Assembly: GCA_963754925.1 (NCBI GenBank)
Contig: CAVWHX010000007.1
Coordinates: forward strand, 192,001 to 256,000
DNA length: 64,000 nucleotides
Source of the DNA: an uncultured delta proteobacterium
GTDB taxonomy: Bacteria; Myxococcota; B64-G9
Direction of reading: 5' to 3'
Position numbers and translations under genes: made by a program. The first letter of the stretch is position 1, and the number at the start of each line of letters is the position of its first letter. Positions 10,286 through 20,800 of the stretch are shown here, piece after piece. The notes under the pieces are model-generated. The model was not told where the DNA came from and did no database searches. It saw only the letters and a program-made list of their open reading frames with translations.

Positions 10286-11621
10286 TCGCTCGGCGGTCGA
10301 CCAAGAGGCGGTTTCCTCGTTCAGCCTCTTCCACCCGGGTGGCTGCGTCTTTCTTAATGTCTTCGTCGGGTTCCGGAGAAAGAAGCAACGCGGTGGTCAA
10401 TCGGTTCCTATTGAGGTACTGCGCGGTCACCCGCCGGACGTCCTGCGGACTAACCTGCTGATACTGATCCGCCCCTTCGAGGAAATGACGGTAGCTCTTT
10501 TCGATACATTCGGCCGAACCGATTTCAAATCCCTGTTGCTCAATTGAAGTCAATTTGAAAATATACTCGGAAAGCAGCTGTGCCTTCACCTTCTCGATCT
10601 CGTCGTTGTGAAGTTCTTCCCCAGACAAACGTTCTATCTCGACTAACAACGCGGCCTCAACCTGTTCGGGACTTTTATCCGGCGTAAAACCCGCCAAAAC
10701 CACGAACAAACCTGGATCAAGCTGTTTGGAGTTCCACGCTCCGGCAAAAATCGCAAGCTGCTGCTGCCGAACCAGAACCTGGTGCAATCGCGAGCTCTTG
10801 CCGCTGCACAGAAGGTTGCTTACCACTTCCAACACCTTGGAATCTTGGTGGGCCGCCTCGGGAATCTTATAGCCGCCGATCAAAAACGGCAACTGGGTCG
10901 GAAAACGCAAAACTTCGTGGCGGTATTCGGTTTGGATCGGCTCGACCACTTCGACCGCCGGCGGATCGGGCTTACGCTGCATCGATCCGAAGTGTCGCTG
11001 TGCGAGCCTCTGTACCTCCTCGGCGGTCGTGTCGCCAACAACAATTAACACCGCGTTGTTTGGAATATAATAGGTTCGATAAAACGCCTGCACATCTGAC
11101 AGCGTGATCAGATCGAGATCGGCCAGGGTGCCGCCCGGGGTCCAGTTGTACGGATGAACCTTGAATGCCACCGAGCGAAATCGATCCAGCAAGGCGCCGA
11201 CGGGATTGTTCTGCTGCGAACGGCGGATCTCCTCTTTGACCACCTCGCGTTCCTTGAAAAAGTGCGTCGGGTCGAGCCGCGCGTTCTGCATGCGCTCGGC
11301 CTCAAGCTCAAGCGCCAATGAGAGCCAATCGGACGGAACCGTATCGAAGTAGGCGGTGACGTCCTCGGAGGTGAACGCATTCTCCCGCCCGCCGATCGAA
11401 TCGATGATCCGAGCATGCTCCTCGGGCCCGACGTTTTTCGAGCCCTTGAACATCATGTGTTCGAGCAAGTGGGCCAACCCGCGAATGCCGATGTGCTCGT
11501 TGCGGCTGCCCACGCGGTACCACACCTGCACCGTCACCACCGGGGCGCTGTGGTCTTCGAGCATCAACAGCAGAAGCCCGTTTGAAAGCGTTTGTTCCTG
11601 AATGTTGACCGTGCTCGTCAC
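10248..11621 (-). CDS. M16 (pitrilysin) zinc peptidase, catalytic half
   Basis: WYRVGSRNE...GLAHLLEHMMFKGS (HxxEH). It may be one protein with the downstream half via another indel. Confidence 0.9.
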   Translation of the reverse strand: MTSTVNIQEQTLSNGLLLLMLEDHSAPVVTVQVWYRVGSRNEHIGIRGLAHLLEHMMFKGSKNVGPEEHARIIDSIGGRENAFTSEDVTAYFDTVPSDWLSLALELEAERMQNARLDPTHFFKEREVVKEEIRRSQQNNPVGALLDRFRSVAFKVHPYNWTPGGTLADLDLITLSDVQAFYRTYYIPNNAVLIVVGDTTAEEVQRLAQRHFGSMQRKPDPPAVEVVEPIQTEYRHEVLRFPTQLPFLIGGYKIPEAAHQDSKVLEVVSNLLCSGKSSRLHQVLVRQQQLAIFAGAWNSKQLDPGLFVVLAGFTPDKSPEQVEAALLVEIERLSGEELHNDEIEKVKAQLLSEYIFKLTSIEQQGFEIGSAECIEKSYRHFLEGADQYQQVSPQDVRRVTAQYLNRNRLTTALLLSPEPDEDIKKDAATRVEEAERGNRLLVDRRAIASARIAERRAD

Positions 11622-11679
11622 AAAAACCTCCTCACTCCCTAACGCAATCTAACCACGAAAATATTGCCAAGCAAGGCGC

Positions 11680-12162
11680 TTACAGCTTGTATCCGAGTTT
11701 CCGTACCAACACCTTACGCTTCTTGGCGTCCTCCTCACTTTCAACACCCTTGGGTGAGCCTCCGTCGATGACGCCGAGAATACCGCGGCCCTGATCGGAC
11801 TGTGCAACGATTACTTCGACCGGGTTGGCGGTCGCGCAGAATATCGAGCACACCTCCGGAACCTCCTTGATGCGCCCCAGCACATTGATCGGAAAAGCCT
11901 GCCGCATCATTATGACAAAGGAGTGGCCGGCGCCGACGGCGAGCGCGTTTTCGGCCGCCACCTTTTTGAGATCGTCGTCGTTACCTTCGACCCGCACCAT
12001 GAACTGAGTCGACGCTTCGTTGAAAGCCACCGCGAATTTAGCGCCCGGTACGGTATTGACCATCGCCTCATAGAGGTCTTCAACGGTTTTGACGAAATGA
12101 CTCTGGCCAAGGATAATGTTTGTGCCGGCCGGAATTTCCAATTTGATGAGCTTGAGTTCCAT
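11680..12162 (-). CDS. adenosine-specific kinase / DUF355 family protein
   Basis: NIILGQSHFVKTVEDL, FCATANP and GRGILGVIDG. Confidence 0.85.
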   Translation of the reverse strand: MELKLIKLEIPAGTNIILGQSHFVKTVEDLYEAMVNTVPGAKFAVAFNEASTQFMVRVEGNDDDLKKVAAENALAVGAGHSFVIMMRQAFPINVLGRIKEVPEVCSIFCATANPVEVIVAQSDQGRGILGVIDGGSPKGVESEEDAKKRKVLVRKLGYKL

Positions 12163-12375
12163 ACCAGACCTCCTACGACAAATAAGAAATTGTTACGATT
12201 CGTGACCCTTCACTCTAAATCACGCGCTGGGTCCTGACGCCTCGCATCCCCCGGCGGTGCTCGCTTTCGCTCCGCGCCGGCGGGGGGCCCCCTGCTCGGC
12301 ATCACCCAGCCCGTGGCAATGCTACTATCCAAAACTGAATTACCATTACCGTTCCTCGCTCATGAATGTGAGTCG

Positions 12376-13128
12376 TCATGCCGCCCGCAATGCCTGATCC
12401 AAAAAGGCGGCGACGCGATCGAGGAGCTGCTCGCGGATGTCCGGCTGCGAAAATTGATGGTCGGCGCCGGGAATAACGATCAGTTCGGCCCTCCCGGCGG
12501 AAGCTTGGGAAAGCGCCTGGGCATCGCTCACCGGGACGACCTCGTCCTTACTACCATGGATGATGCGCCAGGGGCACGAGATCCGCTTCGCCGCGCCACC
12601 TAAATCAATCCGGAGAGCATCTTCGACCAACGCATAGCCGATGATATGGCCTTCTATGCGCAGCTTCCCGCGTCGCTTCCAGGAGTTCATCCCCTTCTCC
12701 CTCACTATCCTGGCCGGCATTTCTTCAGGTCGCCCCACCGCAGCCATGGTTACCAACGCCGCCAGGCTCTCACGGGCCGCCACCAACATAGCAACCGTCC
12801 CGCCCATACTTGAACCCACCAATGCAAGTCGAGACACTCCTCGTCCACGTATGAAATCGATGGCAGCCCGGCACTCATCCACTTGACGGCTGAAGGTCAA
12901 ACCCAGAAGGTCGCCAGGGCTCTCACCCCGTCCCTGAAAATCGAACCGCAACACGGCATGTCCGAGTTTCACAATCCGCTGGGCCAAACCAACATGTTTC
13001 GGTCCGTCCCTGGTCGACATCATCCCATGACAGGTAACCACACCGGTTGACACCTGCTGTTCCGGGAGCTGCAGCGTGCCGATCAAGGTCACCCCCCCCG
13101 GAGTCTGGAATTGTACCCGCTCTTCCAT
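12376..13128 (-). CDS. alpha/beta fold hydrolase
   Basis: GSSMGG nucleophile elbow, HGSKDEVVP and GADHQF. Confidence 0.88.
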   Translation of the reverse strand: MEERVQFQTPGGVTLIGTLQLPEQQVSTGVVTCHGMMSTRDGPKHVGLAQRIVKLGHAVLRFDFQGRGESPGDLLGLTFSRQVDECRAAIDFIRGRGVSRLALVGSSMGGTVAMLVAARESLAALVTMAAVGRPEEMPARIVREKGMNSWKRRGKLRIEGHIIGYALVEDALRIDLGGAAKRISCPWRIIHGSKDEVVPVSDAQALSQASAGRAELIVIPGADHQFSQPDIREQLLDRVAAFLDQALRAA

Positions 13129-13230
13129 TGCATCTCCCTGACAGAAACCGCCCGAATAATGTAGCCCAAGGTCTTAGGCTGTTTGATGTGTATCTGTCAA
13201 GGGTAACTATCGCTTATGGACAAGTAGTGC

Positions 13231-13259
13231 TTGACTTGTACGAGGGTCTATTCTAATTT
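13231..13259 (+). promoter_or_regulatory. putative sigma70 promoter for tRNA-Leu
   Basis: TTGACT-N17-TAATTT ending 24 nt before the tRNA. Confidence 0.55.
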
Positions 13260-13282
13260 CCGCCTCCGGAATAGCCTGCCGC

Positions 13283-13366
13283 GCCGAAGTGGCGGAACTG
13301 GTAGACGCGCTAGATTCAGGGTCTAGTGGGTGCAAGCCTGTGCAGGTTCGAGTCCTGTCTTCGGCA
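13283..13366 (+). tRNA. tRNA-Leu(CAG)
   Basis: Acceptor stem GCCGAAG/CTTCGGC, anticodon arm CTAGA-TTCAGGG-TCTAG, long variable arm, GGTTCGAGTCC T-arm; CCA not encoded. Confidence 0.96.
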
Positions 13367-13378
13367 GTTGGTTTTACT

Positions 13379-13411
13379 GGACTTCTCCTTAACCGGAGAG
13401 GTCCATTTTTT
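13379..13411 (+). terminator. intrinsic terminator after tRNA-Leu
   Basis: GGACTTCTCC-loop-GGAGAGGTCC followed by ATTTTTT. Confidence 0.8.
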
Positions 13412-13423
13412 CGTCTCAGATCC

Positions 13424-13661
13424 TGTCATTCGCCAAAAATCATCTATATCGAAAATAGAGCATCTTTCATCTCGCCTGTACTATTCTCCTCCACATTGAA
13501 ATCTTGCCAGATAGTTCCGCTCGCACCACTCTACCGCCATGAACCCATTTAATCCTCAAGCTCATCTTTTCCGCCATCCAGGATGGTGAGTTTGCCAGGT
13601 TACGCTTAATCTGGTTCGGTTGACTTGTTTTTTCTCTTGGAATTTGTTTTGACGAGAGGGA
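13424..13661 (+). repeat. A repeat copy 1 (full length)
   Basis: TGTCATTCGCCAAAA...CATTGAAATCTTGCCAGA...TCATCTTTTCC...GGTTGACTTGTTTTT...TTTTGACGAGAGGGA. Confidence 0.9.
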
Positions 13662-13959
13662 GGTAGCTATTATCCAGTATAGCTGAAAACCTTTCATATA
13701 TTAACCATCTGTTATTTCATAGTATTACTAATATTGTTGTAAAAATGAAACCAAAATGCTTCATTAGTCCGGAAAATCTAACCAAAGCATTAAAGATATT
13801 ATGCTTTAGTTACGGAATGTTACGTAACATGAGATAAACGCCATTTTGGCGTTGATTTTGCATAATATTTACAATTGGAGCTGTTTCTGTGAGATTTGTT
13901 ATCTTTCTTGCGTATGTAATCCAGAATGTCCGGATGTTATACCACGCAGGGAGCCTCAC

Positions 13960-15744
13960 ATGGACAAAACACGCAGGCAACACGTCGTGACCTTCCCTCG
14001 GGTAATGCTGATAGGACTGATTGTGTTTAACGTCGCTTGTATGAGCGGCCAAATAAACTCCGGCTCCGGCTCTACGTGCTCGGCATCTACTCCGTCGGCC
14101 TGCGCGGCCTGCGCCCAGGGAGCAGTGACGACGGGCTGCCTCTGCGGCGGTACGTACGAGAATACCGGCCATTGCTGCGCGGACGCTTGGCAAGCCGACG
14201 CGTGCACGGTGTCGACATGCACTCCCACGACCTGCACGGCCGAAGGCAAAAACTGCGGTAAGATTTTGGATGGCTGCGGCGGAACATTAGATTGCGGTAG
14301 CGCGTGTCCAACGGGGCAAACATGCGGAGGCAGCAGCACGGCAAATGTGTGTGCGCCGGGAGTTTGTACGCCCACAACCTGCGCAGCCCAAGGAAAAAAT
14401 TGTGGCGGCATCAGTGATGGCTGCAGCTCTACGCTCAATTGCGGCACTTGCGCGAGCGGAACCTGCAATGCCTCCCATCAGTGTTCCGTCTGCACACCGA
14501 ACCCGAGCTGTGGCTCGGCAACGTGTGGCGCGGATAGTTGCGGCGCGGCGTGCGGAAGCAACAACGGCAAATGTCTCTTCAATGAGTCGTGCAGCACGAC
14601 GGACGGTACACCGGGAACCTGCCAAAGCCAGGGCCCACTCCCCACTGCCGGAAACCCCGACGGCTCATGCACCAGTCTGACGTTACCCGCACTGGCGCAA
14701 CTCATTGATACCTCCAACCCCACCACGGTCATCGGTACGGGTACGGCGGCTAGCTGTACCTTTGCCAAGTTGGCGAGCGCCGTTGCCACCGGCGGCATCA
14801 TCACCTTTAACTGCGGCAATGCGCCGGTGACTATTCCGATCACCGCCACTCTCACACCACCGATATCCAGTTCAAATGACCAGCCCACAAACACCGTCAT
14901 TGACGGCGGAAACAAGATCGCGCTCGATGGCGGCGGTGCCGTGCAAATTCTTTCGTTTGTTCACGAAAACAATTGGCAGAATAACAACGATTCACTCACG
15001 TTGCAGCACATTGTTTTAGCAAACGGCAAGGCCACCGGAACCGATGTCATTCCAGCGTGCACCCAAACGCCGAACACCGACTGTTCGACGGGATACGATG
15101 ACGGCCAAGGTGGGGCTCTCAACATGAGGGACGGTCAGCTCCGGGTCATTGACGCCACCTTCTTCAATAACCAGGCGGCCCTGCTCGGGCCCGACACCGG
15201 TGGCGGCGCCATCTATATTCAAGGGACCGCCCATCTGGTGTATATTGTGAGCAGCACCTTCCAGAACAATACGGCCAGCAACGCCGGAGCCATCGGAATG
15301 CTGTGGGCCGGCGCCTACATCTACAACAGCCTCTTCGACGGGAACAGCGCGGTTGGCCAAGGCGCAAACAACGACGACGCCAGCAAATGTGCGTGCATCA
15401 ACAACGGCCAGAACCAGGTCGGTTCGGGCGGAAATGGTGGGGCCATCTACAAAGACGGCGGCGACGGCCAAAACGTAACCATCTGCGGGACCCAGATCCG
15501 CAACAACTCCGCCAACGAATTCGGCGCTGCGGTCTTCCTCACCGCCGACGGCTCCGACGCCAAGCTCGTCATCTACGATTCCCTCATGAAAAACAACGCG
15601 AGCCCCATACCTTATTGGCAGTGGTGTGTGGGTGTCTCCACCGACAACCCTCACACATCCGGCTCTACCTCTTGTTCCCCTTCTCCGGTCAATTCGAGTT
15701 TTTGCGATGCGAACGGAACTTGCACCTCCTCTTGCACGCAGTGA
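13960..15744 (+). CDS. secreted Cys-rich protein with pectin-lyase-like/POMP-type beta-helix
   Basis: Signal/lipobox region, CTPTTC..GKNCG repeats, and GGAIY / F-x-N-N-x-A repeats. ATG 13960 follows AGGGAG. Confidence 0.75.
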   Translation: MDKTRRQHVVTFPRVMLIGLIVFNVACMSGQINSGSGSTCSASTPSACAACAQGAVTTGCLCGGTYENTGHCCADAWQADACTVSTCTPTTCTAEGKNCGKILDGCGGTLDCGSACPTGQTCGGSSTANVCAPGVCTPTTCAAQGKNCGGISDGCSSTLNCGTCASGTCNASHQCSVCTPNPSCGSATCGADSCGAACGSNNGKCLFNESCSTTDGTPGTCQSQGPLPTAGNPDGSCTSLTLPALAQLIDTSNPTTVIGTGTAASCTFAKLASAVATGGIITFNCGNAPVTIPITATLTPPISSSNDQPTNTVIDGGNKIALDGGGAVQILSFVHENNWQNNNDSLTLQHIVLANGKATGTDVIPACTQTPNTDCSTGYDDGQGGALNMRDGQLRVIDATFFNNQAALLGPDTGGGAIYIQGTAHLVYIVSSTFQNNTASNAGAIGMLWAGAYIYNSLFDGNSAVGQGANNDDASKCACINNGQNQVGSGGNGGAIYKDGGDGQNVTICGTQIRNNSANEFGAAVFLTADGSDAKLVIYDSLMKNNASPIPYWQWCVGVSTDNPHTSGSTSCSPSPVNSSFCDANGTCTSSCTQ

Positions 15745-15935
15745 GGCTGCAGCTGAAGAAGGGCTGGGAACATGCTGATGTTATTTTTTCATTGCAAGGA
15801 TAACTGAACTCAAAGTAATTTTGAACCAACATCGAAGATCATTCATGGGAAAAATCTGGACTTGTGGAGCGCGTTGCGCCTGTTCTTTTATCACGGCGCT
15901 CATTCTTAATCTTGTTGCTAAGGAGGTAAACAACC

Positions 15936-17010
15936 ATGAAAGCCCGTTTTGCCACGTTCTTCTTTCTCGGTGTCCTCGTAATGTTGCCATTTCTCCTCGG
16001 AGCCAATGAAAAAAGCTGCGCGCTAGTTTGCACCAACGGCCAGACGCAGTGCAGCGGCAACGAAGTCCAGACCTGTCAGAACAGCGCCTGGGTTAACACT
16101 ACAGACTGTTCAGCCTCTGGCGACACCTGCCAAAACGGTCAGTGTGTTGTCGGATGTCAGACGGCGGCTAACTGCACCGGGCCGCTGCCTCAAGTCTGTC
16201 AGGTATGCACCGATGGCAGTGACGGTTGTGCGCATTGGGCATGCGTAGCCGGTAAATGTGAAATAACGTATTGCACGTGCGAACCAACCCCGTGTCCGCA
16301 GGACGAGGTTTGGGATTCAGCCCAATGCAAGTGCGGCCCAATTTGCAGCAATGGCACAATCGGCACCGGTATGTGTTGTCTTTCGGCTGGGGATTTTCCA
16401 AATACCTGCCCAGTCACGCCGTGCGTGTGTCCGGCGGGCGAGGTCTGCAATTGTCCAGCTATAATTGAAGCCTGCGGGTGTTCCTCTGATAGCAGCCACG
16501 AGGTAAAAGTATGCACTTGCCCGAACAAACATGTGCTTCGACGGCACTAAGTGCGTCATCCCGGCGGTCTGCGCCGACGGCCAGGTCCAGTGCAGCGGTA
16601 ACGAAGTTCAAACCTGCCTGAATGGGGCTTGGGTCAACACTACCGACTGCTCGGCTTCTGGAGATACCTGCCAAAACGGTACGTGTGTTGTCGGATGTCA
16701 GACAGCGGCTAACTGCACTGGACCGCTGCCGGATCTGTGCATGGTATGCCCTGGTGGCGGTAGCGGCTGTGCCCACTGGACATGTTCAAGCGACAAATGC
16801 ACAATAGCGTATTGTTCGTGCACACCGCTTCCCTGTCCGCTGGGAGCTACCTGGGATTCCGTCCAGTGCGCTTGCTTGCCGGGTTGTACAACGCCAGCTG
16901 ATTGTAAGGGAGCGCTGCCGCAACTTTGCATGCTCTGCAGCGATGGCATCTCCGGCTGCGCGCACTTTATATGCACTGCCGGCACCTGTCAGATAGCATA
17001 CTGCCCATAA
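15936..17010 (+). CDS. secreted Cys-rich repeat protein (frameshift near 16530)
   Basis: AGGAGG RBS and signal peptide. The unit QCSGNEVQTC...NTTDCSASGDTCQNG occurs in both ORF halves. Confidence 0.7.
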
Positions 17011-17187
17011 GCGTTTTTACCCTAAGAGGTCTTTTCAGTAAACGTAAAACACAACCCACCATTTTAGAGCCCGTTACGACCGTAAGAGAGTTACGGGCTC
17101 TTATCCCCGAAGGGGGTGCCCTACAATCGCTTCGGAGGGCGCAGGCCTGGGTTCTGGGCACTCCCCCTTATCAATGTCAGTTGTTGG

Positions 17188-17685
17188 TCATACTGGGGCA
17201 CTGGGGGAAACAAAGGGAATCTCTCGTGTTAGATAAGAATTGTAATTTTCCGATCGGGGTTGGTATTCTTCTTCCATAAGCGGCGAAGAAATCAGAAAGT
17301 CGGCGGTCGCGCGGTTACAAGCTATAGGTATGTTGTAAACGACGGCGATGCGCAGCAACGCTTTGACGTCGACGTCATGGGGATGCGGTTCCAGGGGATC
17401 CCAAAAGAAGATAACGAAGTCGATTTTGCCTTCGGCAATCAAGCCACCAAGCTGTTGATCTCCGCCAAGCGGCCCGGATTTAAGCTTTGTTATTTCGAAC
17501 GCGCCGACATCAACTCCGTCCTCCTGGGCCTTACGGACAATGGTAGCCTTAACAAGTTGAGCAGTAGTTCCGGTGCAAGTAAGCTGATGCTTCATGAGCG
17601 CCTTGTAGTTCCACTCCACCCACTCAAAAAGATCTTTCCTGCGGTTATCATGAGCCACTAACGCTAGTCGTTTCAACTTCTCCAT
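17188..17685 (-). CDS. mgsA: methylglyoxal synthase
   Basis: ALVAHD, TGTT, SGPLGGDQQ, DPLEPHPHDVDVKALLR. Confidence 0.95.
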   Translation of the reverse strand: MEKLKRLALVAHDNRRKDLFEWVEWNYKALMKHQLTCTGTTAQLVKATIVRKAQEDGVDVGAFEITKLKSGPLGGDQQLGGLIAEGKIDFVIFFWDPLEPHPHDVDVKALLRIAVVYNIPIACNRATADFLISSPLMEEEYQPRSENYNSYLTREIPFVSPSAPV

Positions 17686-17880
17686 GATCTGGCACCTCCT
17701 TTAGTTCGCTTACTGCTTTCCGCAGTTTATTTAGAACTATCGAGGCTGCCATATTATTCACGCGATGATGGGTGAAATACGAAATGTATCGAAGAGTTTG
17801 CTTGATTGTCACCGTAAGGGAATTATAGTTTTTTTCACGAAACGTAACATGAAGCACATTCTGATGCCGCCGAGATTCCC

Positions 17881-18121
17881 TGTCGTTCGCCAAAAGTCCT
17901 CATTACTGATAAATAAGTATTTTTATGCTGCCCGCATTATACCCTCCTCCACATCGAAATCTTGCCGGGTAGCTTCGCTCGCCCTGTTATGTCGCCATGA
18001 GACCTATTTTCAGTCCTCAATCTCATCTTTTCCAACATCCAGGATTGTGAGTTCACCACGTTACGCTTAATGTGGTTTGGTTGACTTGTTCTTTACCTCG
18101 GATTTGGGTTGGGGAGGGACA
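17881..18121 (+). repeat. A repeat copy 2 (full length)
   Basis: TGTCGTTCGCCAAAA...GGTTGGGGAGGGACA, with the conserved internal blocks. Confidence 0.9.
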
Positions 18122-18145
18122 AGGAGCCGTTAGGAAGAGCATAAA

Positions 18146-18481
18146 CTATTTCAATTTTGAATATGCTTGATCACATACTTTCCCATTGGCGTCAAAGTCG
18201 ACCACCAAAGCATGTGATTCAGTAACCGTACCGAACCCAACAGCTTTTGCGTAGGTATATGTCCAGCGTTCTACACAACCTTTGGGATTATTTGTCAGAG
18301 TAGTTTTTTGCATCGGTTCGCCGAACCAATCCATGATTGTTTGTTTGTCTTGAACGTTAACCTGAATATCATTCACATGGGTTGTGTTGAATTGCCTTCC
18401 AGAAGAAGCACAGCCGAACAATAAAACGCCAACTGCAAACAAGGTAATACTGGTAGCTATTTTCCTAACCATTTGGATCAT
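18146..18481 (-). CDS. small lipoprotein, SmpA/BamE-like
   Basis: Lipobox LFGC, FGEP...WTYTY, DFDANGKV; AAGGAG RBS before ATG 18481. Confidence 0.7.
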   Translation of the reverse strand: MIQMVRKIATSITLFAVGVLLFGCASSGRQFNTTHVNDIQVNVQDKQTIMDWFGEPMQKTTLTNNPKGCVERWTYTYAKAVGFGTVTESHALVVDFDANGKVCDQAYSKLK

Positions 18482-18632
18482 TCTCCTTGTTGTACATGAA
18501 ACGTTATTAATAGAAGGGTTGTTTAAGCGCATAAGGTATTGTAGTGCCTCCTTTCCCAAGGCACAAGTAGCAGGGCAACATTAAGGTTCCTGTGAGGACA
18601 GTTCAATTAATCGTAGCTTGCAATCTATGTGC

Positions 18633-18866
18633 TGTCATTCTCCAAATATCATCCTTATTAAAACCATAGCATTTTTCCTGTCACCTGCACTACCCTCCTC
18701 CACCTTGAAATCTTGCCAGATAGTCCGCTCGCACCTCTCTTTCGCCATGATATATTCAGCATTCAAGCTTATCTTTTCCGACATACAGGATTGTGAGTTT
18801 AGCAATTTACGCTTACCGTGGTTTTGTTGGGTTGTTTTTTCTCGGATTTGGGTTGGCGATGGGACA
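18633..18866 (+). repeat. A repeat copy 3 (full length)
   Basis: TGTCATTCTCCAAA...GGTTGGCGATGGGACA. Confidence 0.9.
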
Positions 18867-19649
18867 ATGGTTAGGCTGTATCTTTATAAATATAAATCCA
18901 AGATCGTAGCTCTCTTTCGTCCTGAGATAGCCGTTACGATTATCCCACTCGCCAAGTTCCAGATCACGACCTAGTAAGTCAAGACCAGCTTGAACCTCGG
19001 AGTGATCGGCCATAGCAAAACCCGACATTCCTCTCCGCGCCATAGGGTCAAGATAAACCTCGGGCCTATTCCACCCGGCATGCATATTAAGATCAGAAAG
19101 ATCGTAGGGCAGCGGAAAACCCCGGACCGTTGCGGTCGCATCGTGTGTCCTGGTGAACGCGGATATGAGTTCCTCGACAGGGACGAACGCTTCAAATAAC
19201 CGGCCATAGACGCCCGGGAAATATTCCCTGAACCAAAATGGCTCTCCCCTTCTGGGGTCAATCGTAAACAAGACGATGGGGCCGTTATCGCATACACGCC
19301 GCATTTCGGCTGCGGCGGCGTGTAGATCAGGGAAATGGTGGACTGCGAGAGTTGAAATGAGGCCGTCGGCCGAGGCGTCCGGTAGGGGGATAGACTCGGC
19401 AGATTCAGCCAACCATTCAACATTGAGGCTGGGCACGGACTGCTTTCGCATGGCCTCTGATGGTTCGACAGCCTTTAACTGGTAACCCGATGCTGCAAGA
19501 GCGTTACTGTAGTTACCAGTGCCCGCTCCAACGTCAACAATAACTGCTCCTTCAGGTAATCCAAGCAACTCCTTCAGCACTGAGACAATTCGAGCATCGG
19601 CATTCCGATATGAATTGTACTTTATTCCGATGGCGTCGTACCGAGTCAA
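18813..19649 (-). CDS. class I SAM-dependent methyltransferase (integron cassette gene; 3' end runs into A repeat 3)
   Basis: VDVGAGTGNY motif I. TTG start at 19649 with AAGGA RBS just after the attC. Confidence 0.85.
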   Translation of the reverse strand: MTRYDAIGIKYNSYRNADARIVSVLKELLGLPEGAVIVDVGAGTGNYSNALAASGYQLKAVEPSEAMRKQSVPSLNVEWLAESAESIPLPDASADGLISTLAVHHFPDLHAAAAEMRRVCDNGPIVLFTIDPRRGEPFWFREYFPGVYGRLFEAFVPVEELISAFTRTHDATATVRGFPLPYDLSDLNMHAGWNRPEVYLDPMARRGMSGFAMADHSEVQAGLDLLGRDLELGEWDNRNGYLRTKESYDLGFIFIKIQPNHCPIANPNPRKNNPTKPR

Positions 19650-19670
19650 TGCAGTTTCCTTCGCGTCAGA

Positions 19671-19735
19671 GCCTAACGTAACGTTAAGGGGCTTCCTCGC
19701 TGTTACGGCAGTCCCGCTTGAACGACGGGTTGGCC
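19671..19735 (-). other. integron attC site
   Basis: Minus strand reads GGCCAAC-CCGTCGTTCAAGCGGGACTGCC...AGCCCCTTAACGTTAC-GTTAGGC (R''/L''/L'/R' layout), 3 nt after a stop codon. Confidence 0.85.
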
Positions 19736-19738
19736 AAT

Positions 19739-20269
19739 TCATAAACCTGCGGCCCAGCTCTGACATTGAGTTGAATCGGTCTTGTCACATTTGTCAATTG
19801 CAAGGCCACGTTCAAGATCGTACAGCTCGAAGATGCACCCGCCATGGGTAGGACCTTTACCGAAAGCTACTTTCTTCCCGTTCTCCCAAAATTTCCAACT
19901 CCAAATAGTTTGCTCCGTTGTGATAACTTTTTTATTATGAAACTTTTGGTACACCACAATCTCCGCTCTGTATTCTTCAAGAACTTCCCCTTTTTCGTCT
20001 TCAACTGTCGCTCGATGCACCCAACCTACAACTTGATGGGCTATATCGATTTTTAGGTCCTCGCATCGACCATCGCGAGTCATTTGGACGTCCTTTCCCG
20101 ATCTTTCAATGAAGTGAACGTTCTCTTTTGAATCAATGTACGCCTTTTCAATTTGTTCTGATTCGCGTAATTGTGTGCGATCTGATGACGATTGTGCCCA
20201 GGCTTGATCCGCAAAGTGGTCTTGGACTAAAAATAACAGTAACGGCAAAAACAAATATCGTTTCATCAA
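19739..20269 (-). CDS. secreted hypothetical protein (integron cassette gene)
   Basis: Signal peptide, AAGGAG RBS, bounded by two attC sites. Confidence 0.75.
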   Translation of the reverse strand: MMKRYLFLPLLLFLVQDHFADQAWAQSSSDRTQLRESEQIEKAYIDSKENVHFIERSGKDVQMTRDGRCEDLKIDIAHQVVGWVHRATVEDEKGEVLEEYRAEIVVYQKFHNKKVITTEQTIWSWKFWENGKKVAFGKGPTHGGCIFELYDLERGLAIDKCDKTDSTQCQSWAAGL

Positions 20270-20280
20270 AACTCCTTCAG

Positions 20281-20336
20281 GCCCAACGATAAAATCAGCG
20301 GGGAAATTTATCCTCCGCTGGATTACCTTGTTGGGC
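20281..20336 (-). other. integron attC site
   Basis: Minus strand reads GCCCAAC-AAGGTAATCCAGCGGA...CCGCTGATTTTATC-GTTGGGC, just after a TAATAA stop. Confidence 0.85.
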
Positions 20337-20434
20337 AGTTATTATATGGTCTTACGCTGATTGTCTGTCAACATCTCAAGAGTGCCCGTTCATTCCTTTT
20401 TAGAAGGCTTTACCGTTATTTGAAAACTATAAAG

Positions 20435-20505
20435 ATTCAACTCTACGCTTTACCGTGGTTGGGTTGACTTGTTTTTTTCTCTCGGATTTGTCTTGCTAAG
20501 AGACA
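20435..20505 (+). repeat. A repeat copy 4 (3' fragment)
   Basis: TACGCTTTACCGTGGTTGGGTTGACTTGTTTTTTTCTCTCGGATTTG...GAGACA. Confidence 0.75.
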
Positions 20506-20514
20506 GGTGAGGCA

Positions 20515-20800
20515 ATGAACCTGCTACCGGACGAAAGCGATCTTGTCGGGCAGTGGATTCTTGATGGCACAAGAATCCGAGCTGACGAGGTGTGTAAGCG
20601 AATCGAGTACCTCACTCGTCATGTTCTGAAGCGACTTGCGGTAAGCAGAGACTACGGGGCTTGGGAAACGCTGCTTTCGAGATCCAACCGATGGAAGACT
20701 TTGGGAGCGAACATACCCGCAGGGCCACATGCACGGCGGCGGGCCACCGCGGCTCTGGGCGATCTCAGAACAAGATGCTCGAGGGAAATACGACTTCTGA
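20515..20800 (+). pseudogene. Imm27-like immunity protein, frameshifted near 20675
   Basis: Joined frames read ...GAWETL / RDPTDGRLWERTYPQGHMHGGGPPRL...KYDF*. Family assigned from recalled motif. Confidence 0.65.

Noticed and set aside
12226..12310. GC-rich palindrome between two genes as an ncRNA or riboswitch
   Set aside because: Single copy with no recognisable motif; probably a REP-like hairpin or terminator.
13289..13697. Short ORFs overlapping the tRNA and A/B repeats (also 18618, 22272, 27856, 30009, 41515, 50012, 58321, 58423)
   Set aside because: Shared peptides come from the repeated DNA. Frames and stops are not conserved between copies.
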